A stretch of 64,000 bases of DNA from Rhizophagus irregularis (taxonomy: Eukaryota). The stretch covers positions 3,658,001-3,722,000 of the forward strand of contig NC_089431.1 of the NCBI RefSeq assembly GCF_026210795.1, written 5' to 3'. Positions 1-13,870 of this stretch are shown one piece after another. The first letter of the stretch is position 1. Every line of letters starts with the position of its first letter. Position numbers and translations under genes: made by a program. Under the pieces are notes generated by a model that did no database searches, was not told the origin of the DNA, and was given only the letters and a program-made list of their open reading frames with translations.

Positions 1-1100
1 CCTATAGACAAACCATCAAAAAGCGTATACGGAAATCTTCCTTATATAGCACCTGAAGTTATTGCTGGAAAAGAATATACTTTTAAATCTGATATTTATA
101 GTATTGCAATGATTATGTGGGAAATTTCCTCTGGTCAACCACCATTTGTTAATCATGAACATAATTATTATCTTGCAATGAATATAATTAATGGTATAAG
201 ACCAAGAATAGTACCGGAACTCCCTTAAAGTATAAAAAATTAATGAAACAATGTTGGGATGCTGATCCATCGAAAAGACCTGATATTTACAAACTCAGAA
301 ATATAATGAAAGAAATTAATATGTCATGCCAAAATGTGGAAGCAAATAATAATCTAAAAATAAATGGCACAAATAGTTTATCAGAATCAAACTTCACTAC
401 CAGCAAAAGTAGAATTTATAATTCTGAAAATTTTCCTGAACCAAGGAATGCAACAGAAGGTATTATTTTGTATTGTAATCGACGTTTATTTATAAAATAT
501 ATCATTAATCAGATCATTTCTTCTTTTTTAATAATAATAGAAGAACTTGAAGGTATATATATAAATCGACAATTTATATATAATAAATTATTTATTAATA
601 ATTAACATTTATTTTATAATTTTTTTTTAGCGTTTCATAGTAAATCATATGGCTTTCAGATTCCTTTTGATGGTAAATGTTTATTAGTAATTTATATTTA
701 TACGTGTCGTCGGAATTACCAAATTATTAATTTGGCATTTTAAATATTTTTTCTATTTTACGGTATTTGAATTACGGCATTACGGAAGTATTACGGATTA
801 CGTATAACCTCCGTCCGTATGCAGTAATTAATTCCGGCGACAATTATATTTATATTTAAAATAATGAGATATTGATTGATTTTTTTGATTTTAGTTGACG
901 ATTTTGAAAAATCGAGGAACAATATATCAAATATTATGAGCAATCTTTTAAGGTAACTTTATTTTGCATATTCTAAAAATGACGCATTATTTAAACTCAT
1001 AAATATTAATTTTACATTAAAATTATTAAGATATATGGGAATATGATAACTCACGTGCTTTCTCATCATACTTCAGTTATTGATGGTATGCAAAACAATT
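1..1100 (+). pseudogene. 3' part of a TKL-type protein kinase gene with a 1-bp frameshift near 215-228; 3' micro-exon boundaries approximate
   Basis: Frame 1 reads YGNLPYIAPEVIAGKEYTFKSDIYSIAMIMWEISSGQPPF...GIRPRIVP and stops at 226-228. It resumes in another frame as GTPLKYKKLMKQCWDADPSKRP (ORF 243-605). Short GT-AG introns follow. Confidence 0.8.
703..844. mobile_element. Small MITE in a kinase intron, Mutator-like TSD
   Basis: TIRs tgtcgtcggaatta (705-718) and taattccggcgaca (829-842); direct repeat tatatttata at 693-702 and 845-854. Confidence 0.7.
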
Positions 1101-1398
1101 CATCTAACTTTATGTAGTAACGATAACTTTTTTTTTTATTAAAATCACAATGATCCTAATATTCGATCAGAATTACTGACGCAATAATAGCAGCGGTCGT
1201 ATTAAATTATTTTCAACACTAAGATTAGAAAATTAAGATTTCATATACAAAATTTCTTAGTTTATAATTTTAGTTGTCTGATAAATTTTTAAGTTATTAA
1301 TAAGTATAAGCTTTCAACTTTTTCTTTTTTTTTTATGTAATAAATTTTAATGAATTAGTGTGCCATTTAAATTATTCAAATGTTTTAACGTTAACTGT

Positions 1399-1566
1399 TA
1401 AGATTGACAGATATATAAAGTGTCAGGTTTAATTCCGGTCAGAATTTATTTCCTATTATAGCAACTACTGACATTACCATAATTCCGACCCTGAAAAAAT
1501 GCGTACAGCTCATAGTAAAAATTTTTTTCATCACCTGACCTCTATATATATATTTCTGGGTCTTAG
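1399..1566. mobile_element. MITE copy, same family as 63778-64000
   Basis: Shares ctgaaaaaatgcgtacagctcatagtaaaaattttttt-catcacctgacc with 63940-63990. Right TIR acctgacctctatatatatatttctgggtcttag; left TIR degenerate. Confidence 0.7.
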
Positions 1567-1818
1567 ATTCTTCTATTACTGTATATTACAAAAGAAAGTA
1601 CAAAAGAAAGTACAATGTAATCAAAATAAAATTTTTAAAATAAAGTATTGTGAATATGTTCGACAATCAATAATGTACTAAGCTACATCAATTCACATGA
1701 CGAAAAATCGACTATAGGTCGTTATTATAAATATGATTGATCATTGATGTCATTTTAATTTGTAATACGATTAGTTATCATCTTCTTCCTTCTTTTTTTT
1801 TTTATTTAAAAATTTAAA

Positions 1819-4058
1819 ATGGATGAAAACTTTTTACCAAAATTATCACAAAATTTGCTTGAAATTCTAAACGATGATGAATACTATGATGTTACGATAG
1901 AAGTTGGTAATAATCCTTACGTAAAAATATTTCGTGCTCATTTAGTTATTTTAAGTTATCGTTCTTCTTATTTGCGAAGAATTTTATCAACTAATAAAAA
2001 GAAGAACGATGGAACTTTAGTACAAATCAAACTATCAAATATTTCACCGGAAATTTTTCAAATAATCCTAAGGTAAAGAAACGAACGAAATTACAAAACA
2101 AGTTATTATTCCTTTTATAAAAAAAATTATTATTATTATTATTATTTTTTAAAAAAAATTATGAATGTTTGTTTTTATTTTAGGTATATTTATGGGGGAA
2201 GAATATCTGTGAAAGAATATGATAATATTGATATCATTAAAATTTTGATTTCTTCTAATCAGCTACATCTTCAGGAATTAGTTTTTTATTTACAATCATT
2301 TTTGATTGAAAATAAAGCAAGTTGGATGGAACAAAATTTTAATTTAATATATCAAATAAGTTTTGAAAATGATTCTTTCTTTGAGCTTCAAAAATATTGT
2401 ATGGACTTAATTTCTAAATCCTCAGATAAAATATTTAAATCATTAAACTTTCCATCAATTCCGGAAAAACTTTTGATTTCGCTTATCCAGAATTATAATC
2501 TTCAAATGAGTGAAACTCAATTATGGGAAAATGTTCTTAAATGGGGTCTTGCGCGAAATCTTAACTCAAAAGGTGATTAAAGGATACGACCGATACGTTA
2601 AAACATTGTACATACCTTTTATTAAATTTTTACGATTTAATTTCTAAAGAACTTTTTTATAAAGCAGTACCTTACAAAGAAATCCTGTCTGAAGAACTAT
2701 ATATAGATTTATTAAAAATTTTTTTGGATGCAGATAGCAAGCCAGGTTATAAACCATTACCTCGTAAAATCGGAGAAATCAATATAACACCACAGGAAAA
2801 CACTAAATATACATCACAAGATGACGATGACAGTTACTTGACACTACATGGAAATGACAATTTTACGACATCACAAGAAATTGATAATTATGCGTTGCAA
2901 GAAAACGAAGAAAATTTCAATTATACGCTAAAAGAAAATGAAGGAAATGCCATTTATACGCTACATGAAAATGGAATTTTCAACTATATTTCACAGGATA
3001 ATGAGGAGAATGTTGACTATATGTCACAAGAAAACGAAGAGAATATTAACTGTGCGTTACAAGAAAATGATGAGAATATCAATTATGTATTAACAGAAAA
3101 TGAAGAAAAATCTGCGTTACAAGAAATTGAAGAGGATATTAACCATGCGTTACGAGAAATTGAAGAGAATATTAGTTATACATTACAAGAAAAAAAGATG
3201 AATGTAATTTGTGCGTTGCAAGAAAATGAGGAGAACGTCAACTATGCGTCACAAGAAAATGAAGAGGATATTAATTATTCCTTTCGTGAAATTGAAGAGG
3301 ATATTAACTGTGCGTTACGAGAAATTAAAGAGAATACTAGTTATACATTACAAGAAAAAAAAATGAATGTGATTTGTGCGTTGCAAGAAAATGAGGAGAA
3401 CGTCAACTATGCGTTACAAGAAAATGAAGAAGATATTAATAATACTTTACGTGAAATTGAAGAGGACATTAATTGTGCGTTACGAGAAATTGAAGAGAAT
3501 ACTAGTTACACATTACAAGAAAAAAGGATGAATGTAATCTGTGCGTTGCAAGAAAATGAGGAGAACGTCAACTATGCGTTACAAGAAAATGAAGAGGATA
3601 TTAATTATACTTTACGTGAAATTGAAGAGGATATTGATTGTGCGTTACGAGAAATTGAAGAAGATACTAGTTATACATTACAAGAAAAAAAGATGAATGT
3701 AATCTGTGCGTTGCAAGAAAATGAGGAGAACGTCAACTATGCGTTACAAGAAAATGAAGAGGATATTAATTATACTTTACGTGAAATTGAAGAGGATATT
3801 AATTGTGCGTTGCGGGAAAATGAAGAGAATATAAATTATGTATCACAGAAAAATGAAGAGAATGTCGATTTTGCATTACAGATAAATAGGGAGAATGTAA
3901 CTTGTGCATTGCGAGAAAATGAGGAGAATGTAATTTGTGCGTTACGAGAAAATGAGGAAAATGCAATTTGTGCGTTGCGTGAAAATGAGGAGAATATCAA
4001 CTATACATTGCAAGAAAATGAAGAGAATGACAGCTATGTGTTAAAAAACGAACAGTAA
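1819..4058 (+). pseudogene. BTB/POZ-BACK gene with acidic 11-aa repeat tail; disrupted at ~2560-2720
   Basis: Exon 1 1819-2072 (YYDVTIEVG...FRAHLVILSYRSSY), intron 2073-2183, exon 2 YIYGG...WENVLKWG. A deletion, stop and frameshift follow relative to paralogues, then ORF 2724-4058 of NYALQENEEDI-type repeats. Confidence 0.8.
2880..4040 (+). repeat. Coding 33-bp (11-aa) tandem repeat with 165-bp (55-aa) higher-order unit
   Basis: The block NYALQENEEDI-NYTLREIEEDI-NCALREIEENT-SYTLQEKKMNV-ICALQENEENV recurs about 4 times. Confidence 0.9.
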
Positions 4059-4440
4059 GATCGCACTATTTTAATTGCAATTTTAAGCTTTTATTTATGA
4101 AAGGTGACTAACGCTTATTTCTTAATCGCACCCAATGATTATTGTGTGGCGCAACTGCTATCTTATTTCATCATGGATCCCCTTTTTTTTCTACCAAAAC
4201 TTTTATATATAAAGAATATCATTTTTTAATTTTTTTCGTCTAAATATTTGTAGATACTACACTTGCTGTTGATGATAAATTGATGTTTTCATAAGCATAG
4301 AAAGCTTCTGCTTAACTAGAAAGCTAATAATCATAAAGCAAAGCTTTATTTCAGTTCGAATATTATATTTTTATTTCTTTGAATTTTCTTATTCTATGGC
4401 GTTGGGCATCGTTAGCCTGTCATTTGGTCCAGCTTCTTGT

Positions 4441-4750
4441 CATTGCGGTGGATTTATGAAATTTGGCAAAAACCCTGCTGCGCCCTCGGGAATTAAAACT
4501 GACTTATAGAAACATTAAGCTTTTTTTCCTAAAAAATGTCAAATATGACGCACCTTTAACACTGGAAAAATTGGTTAGGTAACGGAAAAATTGGTTAGAC
4601 GCAAGATTTGGGGTACAAAAAAATTTTTTAGGGCTCATTTTTGACTGTTCACTGATAAATTGGGAAATTTGGTGACTAAAAGACTGTCAAATATTTATTT
4701 AATTTGATATGACGGACAAATTTAGGGTATTTCATAAATCCGCCGTGATG
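4441..4750. mobile_element. MITE (~310 bp) with 22-bp TIRs
   Basis: cattgcggtggatttatgaaat at 4441 and atttcataaatccgccgtgatg ending at 4750; no clear TSD. Confidence 0.65.
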
Positions 4751-5764
4751 TTTGGAAGCGTTGTATATTAAATTTCACTAAAAACTAAAAATGGCCGGAT
4801 GGCTTCTCACAACTACCCAGGCAGGAAGTTGTGCTTAAGATATTATCAAGTTTAAGTAATTATTATGATTATATAGTGAAGTTAAAGTAAATTACGGGAC
4901 ACGACAAAATTTTGATGCCGATAACTGTGATTAACAGTTCTATGCTCCAATTTATAAATTATTGAGAAAAGTTCATTAAATTACGGAATTTGTTTAAAAG
5001 ACATACAGAATTTAAAATGTAGCTAATCGCATTTCTTTCTTCACTAGACCCGAATTTAGTATAACAGAATATTGGCTCGGCATTCAGTTGGTCACATTTT
5101 CCAGCGATGTCGGACAATTTGTACAACGTGAGCTAAAATTTTATTGGGTTTTTTTGGTCGAAACACAAATAAAAGTTATTGACAACCAATCAGGAACGAG
5201 ATAAAGAGTATTTTTTACGTGTCTTTTATGTGTCTTATGCGGGTTTTCATTAACCATTTTTTTCTTCATAAAAAAATGTCTTCACAACAAGTTCTTAATG
5301 ATATTCAAAGTTTAATATCGTTAAAAGAAGGTAAAACATACAGTATATTGACATTAGATATATGAAGGTCCAAGTAACAAGCTTTATTCAAGTTGATAAA
5401 TCAAGCATAAAAATTTCAGATTATACGTAATTAATAAAACATTGTAAAAATAGTTGCAGTATAATAGTCAATTCAATAAAAGTTGACCTAAATTTTCAAA
5501 CTAAACAATTCACACATTTAAAAATTAATGCTTTTTACACACTTTATTATGATAAAATCAATTTAAATAAGCAAATAAATAGGTATTATTTTTTAATGAA
5601 ATGATTTCAATTTCGAACGCACATAAAAAAAGTACTAATTCAATAAATATTCAAACTAGTATAATAAAAATTAATATTTAAAACAATCTTACACTGATAC
5701 ATTTGCAGAAAAATAAAAACAACTTGGATAACTTCCATGTTTTGAGGCCATAAGTTCCGTGAAT

Positions 5765-5900
5765 GAGTCGCATTCAACGCACCGACAAATCATGGGTCGC
5801 ATTGACAAATCATTTTACCGCAATTAATTTAACCGACATTTTGCTGACACACACATTTTACCGACAATCATTTAACCGACAGGTACATTATACCGACAAT
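5765..5900. repeat. Short iterated accgaca motifs, probable DNA-transposon subterminal remnant
   Basis: ttttaccgaca/ttaaccgaca variants repeated about 6 times after (g/a)gtcgcatt. Confidence 0.45.
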
Positions 5901-8258
5901 ACAAAAGTATTATTATTGTTATGAATATTTCAATAAAATTAATATTTGAGTGGTTCCATACCTGCTGAATAACCTTAAACCTATATTGTAAAATGAACTC
6001 ATATTAGTCACCCAAATCTCGTTAACAATATTCCGCACTTTTCTTTCAGAATCTAATAAAAAAGTTAAATATTCTTAGTTCGTGGGAAAAATAACGGTAA
6101 ACACAAATAAATAGAGTACGTGATAAACATGTGACTTTATTTTACACACGCCATCTACGTTACTCACTTACTCATTTTCACAAGTGACCAACGTGATAGG
6201 CACAAATTAAGGCGCAGGATTTAATCAAACTAATACAAAATAATTTAAGCTCCAGTTTATTCATTTGTGGCGTTTTTTTAACGTGGTAATATTTTATTTT
6301 TATTTCTCAGTCCAAATTTAAACATTGGAATGGATAAGCATATCAAAATTATTAATTCACTTACATGCGTTTTCTGTTTGATAAATTTAGTAAAAATTTA
6401 TACATAATATTCGGATGTTACATTACAATTTCTCGATATTCATTACCTGCTTATCGATAAGACAAATCATGAATGGACATTTTTATTGAATATTGAATGT
6501 CATTTTGCCCGAAAAGACATTATCCCGAAGTAATATATTGATCCCGAAAGATATTCCTGAAAATCGATTTACAATGATTTGCTTATGCTTGATTATATAA
6601 GAATAACAGAAAAAAAAAATATTTTATAGTTGTGCTACAGTGCACCAAATATAAAATTTATATTAAACCATGTACAGTACATACGTCTTCATTAGAAGAT
6701 ATATCTATAAATATAATCTCGAGATAATCTTTGAGTCTGTAAATAATTATTAAATTTAATCTAAACGTCCATTTAAATATCTTTATAGAAGACAAGATAC
6801 TCAATTCATCATCTTTATTCTTTTTTTTTATTTATTAACATAATTGTGCTTAATGTATGATTTTACATTTTTTTCTTTTTCAAGAAAAAAAAAAATATAT
6901 ATATATATATATTTTATAAGAAAAAAATCGGCTTATTGCATGAATATATTATGAAAAGAAAATCCGAGCCTTTTTATATTAATAGAAAAAATATTCAGTT
7001 ATTTTGTATCAAAATGAGTTATTAAACTAACTTTTATTAACATAGAATGGACAATTAAGTTATGATTTCGCATATATACTGTATAATAAAATATATTTAT
7101 CTAAAAATAGATTTAATCTAAATCGATTGTAATCAAATAATGTAGATATTAGATTAACCTTACTTCCGTATGTTCATCTCAAACCTAAACCAAAAATATC
7201 ATAATATTAATAATAAACAATTGAAGAACGGCCTCAATCATATTAATTAGGAAGTAAATATCACGTTTTGAGGGCTAAATGATTGTTTATATTGTATACG
7301 TTGTAATCGTTGTATTAATACTATATTAGTGATTAAATAGATCATTACAAATACGTTATCACATAATACATCATTCGTGATTAAGTGATTAAACATGATA
7401 TACATAAATAATTATTATATAATATATTTATGTTCATTTATTATTTCGTAATTCGGATATTACCCGTGACACTAATCTCGTGAATGAACTTGGACAAAGA
7501 AAACAAGGATTTAGCGAATGATTATGGAAAGAATACCGTAACTAATATGGTTCAAATTGCGATTGTAATGATTGTGATCGAAAAATGAGCGTTAGAATCC
7601 ATTAGAACTAATAATATTTTTAATGGATGTCTTAAAATCATACAGCACTAAACAAAGAAAATTCGGTCTGTGCCGATACTTTGTAAGGTTATCGCGTTGC
7701 GCGACGACTTTTATCACTAATAAAGAGAGTTATTAAAAAAAAAGAAGAAAAAAGAAAATTCCGCAAATAAAATATAACACAAAAAATTTTTTTTTTCGGC
7801 ATGAAAGATCGTAAGCAAAGAAAAAAAATGCAGAAATTGTTAAATTAAATTACAAGATTTTAATCTGTTTCTTTTTTATTAATGAAACTGCTTTTAATGA
7901 TAATTTAAAATACTATAAAAAACCATAAATTTTGAAATAATGCTTTACACTCTTAGAAATTGAATATACATTGCAAAAAAGTTTTCAAAACTACGAAAAA
8001 GTTGTTAAATAAGTCTTACTTAAAGAAATTTTTATTATAAAGTATGTATATGTAAATAATTACACTTGAAGTTATAGAAGAAAATGAAGTTACGAAAATT
8101 TATGATAATTTACGATAATTATAATGTTTTTTTTTTTCCACCACAGCATCGACCAAATGTCTTTTTTTAAAAAAAATCCCTTATATCCCTCGTATTTTTT
8201 TTTTATCTAAACTATCGAATAAAAAAAGTTTTTTAAAAGCGAATAACATATTTTTAAT

Positions 8259-8849
8259 TCATAATTGAGATTGCATTTGCAAATTATTTAAAGAAAAATA
8301 ATTTAGTTGTCGCATTTCTAAAATATTCGAAGTAGTAGTAATTAGAGTATTCGGAGTTATTGGGGAATTAGCCGGTACAGAAATGACTCTGTACTCAAAT
8401 TTAAAGATTTCACAAGTATTTGAAGTATTTTCTTGAAGAGAGTCGTAAGTAACAGTATTAAATGTATACGAATAATTGTCCGGAATAGATTGTGTTGGGA
8501 TAGATTGTGGTAAACAGTGATTCGAAGTTGGAATAAAATCAAAATTATTCGTAAATTGTTCATTAGACGGTATAGGCGTTATGGGAGTTTGTTGGTAATT
8601 TTGATTAGAAGGGTTATCGAAAGTCGAATATTCTTCATCATCCATAGCGAAAAGTTCGTTAATAAAATCGCAATACGTATTATCACAATTATTACCATTA
8701 GTATTTAATGAAGGATTTTGCGCTTGAATATCGGTTGTTTGTGGTTGTACACCACTTATATTACCGTAATAGTTGTAAAAATCGTTAATGAGTTCAGTAA
8801 GTTCAGATTCGTTTAAGAATCCATCTTGCAAAAGATTATTGTTTTCCAT
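8259..8849 (-). CDS. Hypothetical N/Q/S/T/P-rich protein, 196 aa, single exon
   Basis: Long ATG-initiated ORF with an A-rich start context in very AT-rich DNA; no recognisable domain. Confidence 0.55.
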   Translation of the reverse strand: MENNNLLQDGFLNESELTELINDFYNYYGNISGVQPQTTDIQAQNPSLNTNGNNCDNTYCDFINELFAMDDEEYSTFDNPSNQNYQQTPITPIPSNEQFTNNFDFIPTSNHCLPQSIPTQSIPDNYSYTFNTVTYDSLQENTSNTCEIFKFEYRVISVPANSPITPNTLITTTSNILEMRQLNYFSLNNLQMQSQL

Positions 8850-11800
8850 TTTTTCTACTTGGTGAATTGAAAAAAAGAGTAAAGAAATTTTTGGAATTTT
8901 TTTTTTAAAAAAAAAGATCTTTGTTAAAGAGAAATAATAATATTTGCGTATGTGCGAAAAATAAATACAATTTTTTTTTAAAAAAGTTATACTGTACAGA
9001 TAAAAGTTTTTCTGAAGATTTCTTCGTCGGTCGAAAACTTGGATATTTATAAAAAATGGAACTTTACAAAATAGAAAGAATGGACAATTATTAGATGTGA
9101 CTATACAGGAGGTGACCCAATCATTTAAAATTTTATAGTTTTATCAGATAAACTTTAAATTTTTGCATAACTCCGTGTAGTGTGGCCAATGATTTCCTTT
9201 TTAAATAAATACAATATTACAATAATATAATCATTACATTTTTTAACGATGAATTCCTATTTTACTCAATAATTGATAATTTTTCTAACTAAGAAATGAA
9301 ACGAATGAACTAAAACGGTCGATCTTGCCTAAAGTTGATTTTCAACATGATGAAACATTAAACACATTATGAGACATTTCTCCTGGATACAATCATATCA
9401 ACCCAGTATCTCGGAATATAAATCGGTGTAATAATAACAATGTATCCGGAGCTTGTTTTCTTGTTTCGAACAATCTACAATATATTGTTATTTCTTTTTC
9501 CTTTTTCTTTCTCTTTTTAATATTATCTTCTCTCTTTTTTTCCGCTAAATTTCAAACTCATTTCTTTGTGTTTTAATATTACTTTTCTTCATTTCCTTAT
9601 TAGTTTATTTTTTTTTCTAAAAAGCTAAAAATAAATTTATATATCATATTAAAGCTTTATTTAGGTTGTAATGTGATTAGAAAAAAATATATTTTACCTT
9701 CAATAAATTGTTGATCCATCATTAATCTATTTTTATATTGTAGCACAGAACTTTCTTTCGATGATCATCCAATTAAAAAAAGAAATTTAGACCATGAACG
9801 ATAAATTTAAAAAAAAAATGTGATTGAGAAAAAAAAAATGTGTGTGTTATTGGATTAATACCTTTTTTCATTTAAATGGAAATGAAGTCATTTAATTTTT
9901 ATTAATGACGCATATATTCATGGATTTAAGATCTTATTCAATTTATGAAATTTAATTTATTTATTTATTTATTTATTTATAAAAAAAAAAAAAATTATTA
10001 TTATTATTTTCAAGGATTGTTCTTTAAAAAAAAAATTTTTTTTTTTTTAAAAAAAAAGAAATTCTATTTAATTGGCGGAGTATAAGGAGGTCATAATGTC
10101 TTACCTTTGAATAATAAATAAGGGGGGAGGGAGATAAAGTTTCAACTAAAAAGGTTATAGTTATCAAATTAAAGATATTAATTTTTTTTAATGAGAAACA
10201 AGTAAAATAAAAAAGAGAGTCTCTTTTTTAATGAATTATTATTCAAATATATTTACTCAAATTAAAGTTTTTATTTTTCAATGTATCATTTTTACTTTTT
10301 CGTTATAATGCGCAGAAAAATAAACTGTCCATTCCGTCCAAATATGTTAAAGGAGACGTCAATCGTTTTCTTATTTTTAAACGCTCCCTGCAGAAATTTA
10401 TGTATGACCGCATATTCATGTTTCACATGAAATTTGACGCAGCAAATATTTTATCAAAATAATTTTTTTTTTTTTTTTTTTACGGAACTCGTTCAAAATC
10501 TTAGTTATCTTAATTCGATTCATCCATTAATCCTATTATTGTATTTTTTTTTTAATTTTTTCTTTTTCTAAAAAAATACGTTTGTTTAACCATATGAATA
10601 ATTGTATTTATTATATATGGTTTATTAATTTTTGAAAATTCTTTTTTTTTCATGGATTTTTTTGGCGAAATTTCCATATTTGGTGTTATAATGTAAAATT
10701 TTTTGTGCTAATCAAATTATTTGTTATTGTTCAGTGTACACTGACCGACATGATTGACAACTAATTTGTAAGAGCACGGGTACACTGTTTACATTAATTT
10801 AATATTTTGTATCATTTTTTTTTTCGGGTGAAAAAAATAAACAAATATAAGAATAACCATTACTTTTTCAAAGTGTTATATTTTTTACAGACGGTTATGT
10901 TCAATAATTATTATATATGATTATTTTTTTTATTTTTTTTATTTTTTTAAAGAAAAAATATTTTTTTTCATTCGTATTTGTTTTCATTCATATTTACAAT
11001 ATGAAAAATTGAAAAATTGAAATTCCTTTATATGTATGCCCTTAATATCGAATTATTTATTATTTAGAAAAATGTTAATGTTTCAATTTACCATAATATT
11101 CGGTCCCAAGGTTGTTGAGTCACGTGATATTCTATTGTTTTCGACTGCGCCGCATAATACAATGTAAGTTGTAGTTTGTGAAACATGTTTCAAGAAATTT
11201 GGGTCTTTGGACTAATATAAAATGGGTTGGAAAATTTTTCTTTTGAACAAATTATAGAAGTTTCTATACAGAAAAATGAATATTATATAATTGATATAAT
11301 TGATATAAAAATTGAAACATTTATATTAACATTATTAAAATTTCTTTTTTAAGTCAAACGATACAAAAACTCAAAACTCAAATGAAAGATATGTAAGAAA
11401 TAAAACAAATGTATAACCTTAAAGGAAATTAACCAATTAAAGACGATTCTTAATCAATTAAAACAATGTTATTTCCGATTTTGTCAATACATATATCAGA
11501 TACTCGTAGCAATAAACATCATTTTATAAAGGTAGGACATTTAATATTATTTCAACTTGATTTTTTTTTTGTTTAACGTTCGAAAAAGTTTGAAGGGGGA
11601 GGGGAGAGTTTTCATTAAACAAACTAAGCGAAATAAACATAAATTTCAGAAAATTCGGAAGATCGTAATTTAAATTTGAAAAAACATAATAAATGTGATA
11701 AATTAAGATTTTTTTTTTTAAAAAAAAAATAAAGGGGTTAAACAAACAATCAAATTGGAACGGTCTAAGATATCATATGTTTCAATTCGCAAACATCTTT

Positions 11801-13870
11801 AATTATTCAAAGATGTCAATCTACCGGTAAACAATTTAATCATTTTTTAAATTTTATTTATTTTATTGTTGTCGTTAAAGATTATTTTTTATTGTAAAAA
11901 AAAATTTTAATTTTAATTTATTTTTAAACAATTGTTTACTACTAGATCAATTTCATTATCAAGAAAATAACGTAATATTTATTCAGAATTTAATTTAATA
12001 AAAAGAATGTTTTGAAAATGTTTCAGTTTGAAGACAATAATGAAAAAAATTAAGCTTTAGTACAATGGGCTGATATACCAAAATTTTTATTATATCATAA
12101 TTATTTAATTTGAATTTTTGGCCTTAATAAAGAACAAAGGTTCTATTTGCATATTTGCATATTCTAAAGGTTGAAATGAAAAATTACAGTAAATGATGTT
12201 TTATTTAATTAGTATTAAATTATTTAATTATTCCGTTAATTTAATTAAATTTATGTTTTTAGATTATTTTACGAAAGAAATCGAATTAGGAATTACTCGA
12301 TATATTGTAGTTCGAATATATAGGAACACGTAATCAAGTACGATTGTTGATTAATTTTGGCCATAACTATGAAGATCTTAATTCCGGGAAAATTACTGAT
12401 ATAATTAATAGATGTTAGATGGAGTTATAGTTCGATAATTAGGTGACCAATACTGAAGTTGTTTCAACTTGATTGTTTGTTTACGTCCGAAAAGTTTGAG
12501 GGGGAGGGGGGTTTTCATTAAACAAACTAAGCGAAATATAAACATAAATTTCAGAAAATTTCATGAAGATCGTAATTTAAATTTGAAGGGATATTTAAAA
12601 CATATATGCTGTGATAAGATTTTTTTAAAAAAATAAAGGGGTTAAACAAACAATCAAGTTGGAACGGTCTATCAATTTGCAAAATCTTTAATTATTCAAG
12701 ATGTTCAATCTACCGGTAAACAATTTAATCATTTTTTAAAATTTATTTATTATATTGTCGTCGTTAAAGATTATTTTTTTTATTGTAAGAAAATTTTAAT
12801 TTTAATTTATTTTTAAACAATTATTGTTTACTACTAGATCAATTTCATTATCAAGAAAATAACGTAATATTTATTCGAAATTTAATTAATCAATTATTGT
12901 CTATATTAATAAAAAGAATGTTTTGAGAATGTTTCAGTTTGAAGACAATAATGAAAAAAATTAAACTTTAGTACAATGGGCTTATATATCAAAATTTTTA
13001 TTATATCATCATTATTTAATTTGAATTTTTGGCCTTAATAAAGAACAAATGTTCTATTTGCATATTTGCATATTCTAAAAAAAGGCTAAAGATTTATAAA
13101 GGAAAATGTTTGAAATGAACATTACAGCAATAAATGATGTTTTATTTAATAAGTATTAACTTATTTAATTATTCCGTTAATTTAATTAAATTTGTTTTTT
13201 TAGATTATTTTACGAAAGAAATCGAATTAGATATACTGGGAACACATGATCGGGTACAATTGTTGATTAATTTTGGCCATAACTATGAAGATCTTAATTC
13301 CGGCTGAAGTTACAATAGCTGTTAGATGGAGTTATAGTTCGATCATTAAGTGACCAATACTGGGGTTGTCTCAACTTGATTGTTTGTTTAACGTCCGAAA
13401 AGTTTGAGGGAGAAGGGCGTTTTCATTAAACAAACTAAGCGAAATAAACATAAATTTCAGAAAATTTCAGAAGATCGTAATTTAAATTTGATGTATTTCA
13501 ATTCGCAATATCTTTAATTATTCAAGGTGTTAATCTACTGGCAAACAATTTAATCATCAAATAAAGAACAAAAGGTTCTATTTGCATATATTGAAAGGCT
13601 AAAGGTTTATAAAGGAAAAAATGTTTGAAATGAAAATTACAGTAAATGATGTTTTATTTAATTAGTATTAACTTATTCAATTATTCCGTTAATTTAATTA
13701 AATTTATGTTTCTTTAGAAAGAAATCGAATTAGAAATTACACAGTGAATTTCGAGATGCTAGGAACACGTGATCAAGTACAATTGTTGATTAATTTTGGC
13801 CATAACTATGAAGATCTTAATTCCGGCTGAAGTTACAATAGCTGTTTGATGGAGTTATAGTTCGATCATT

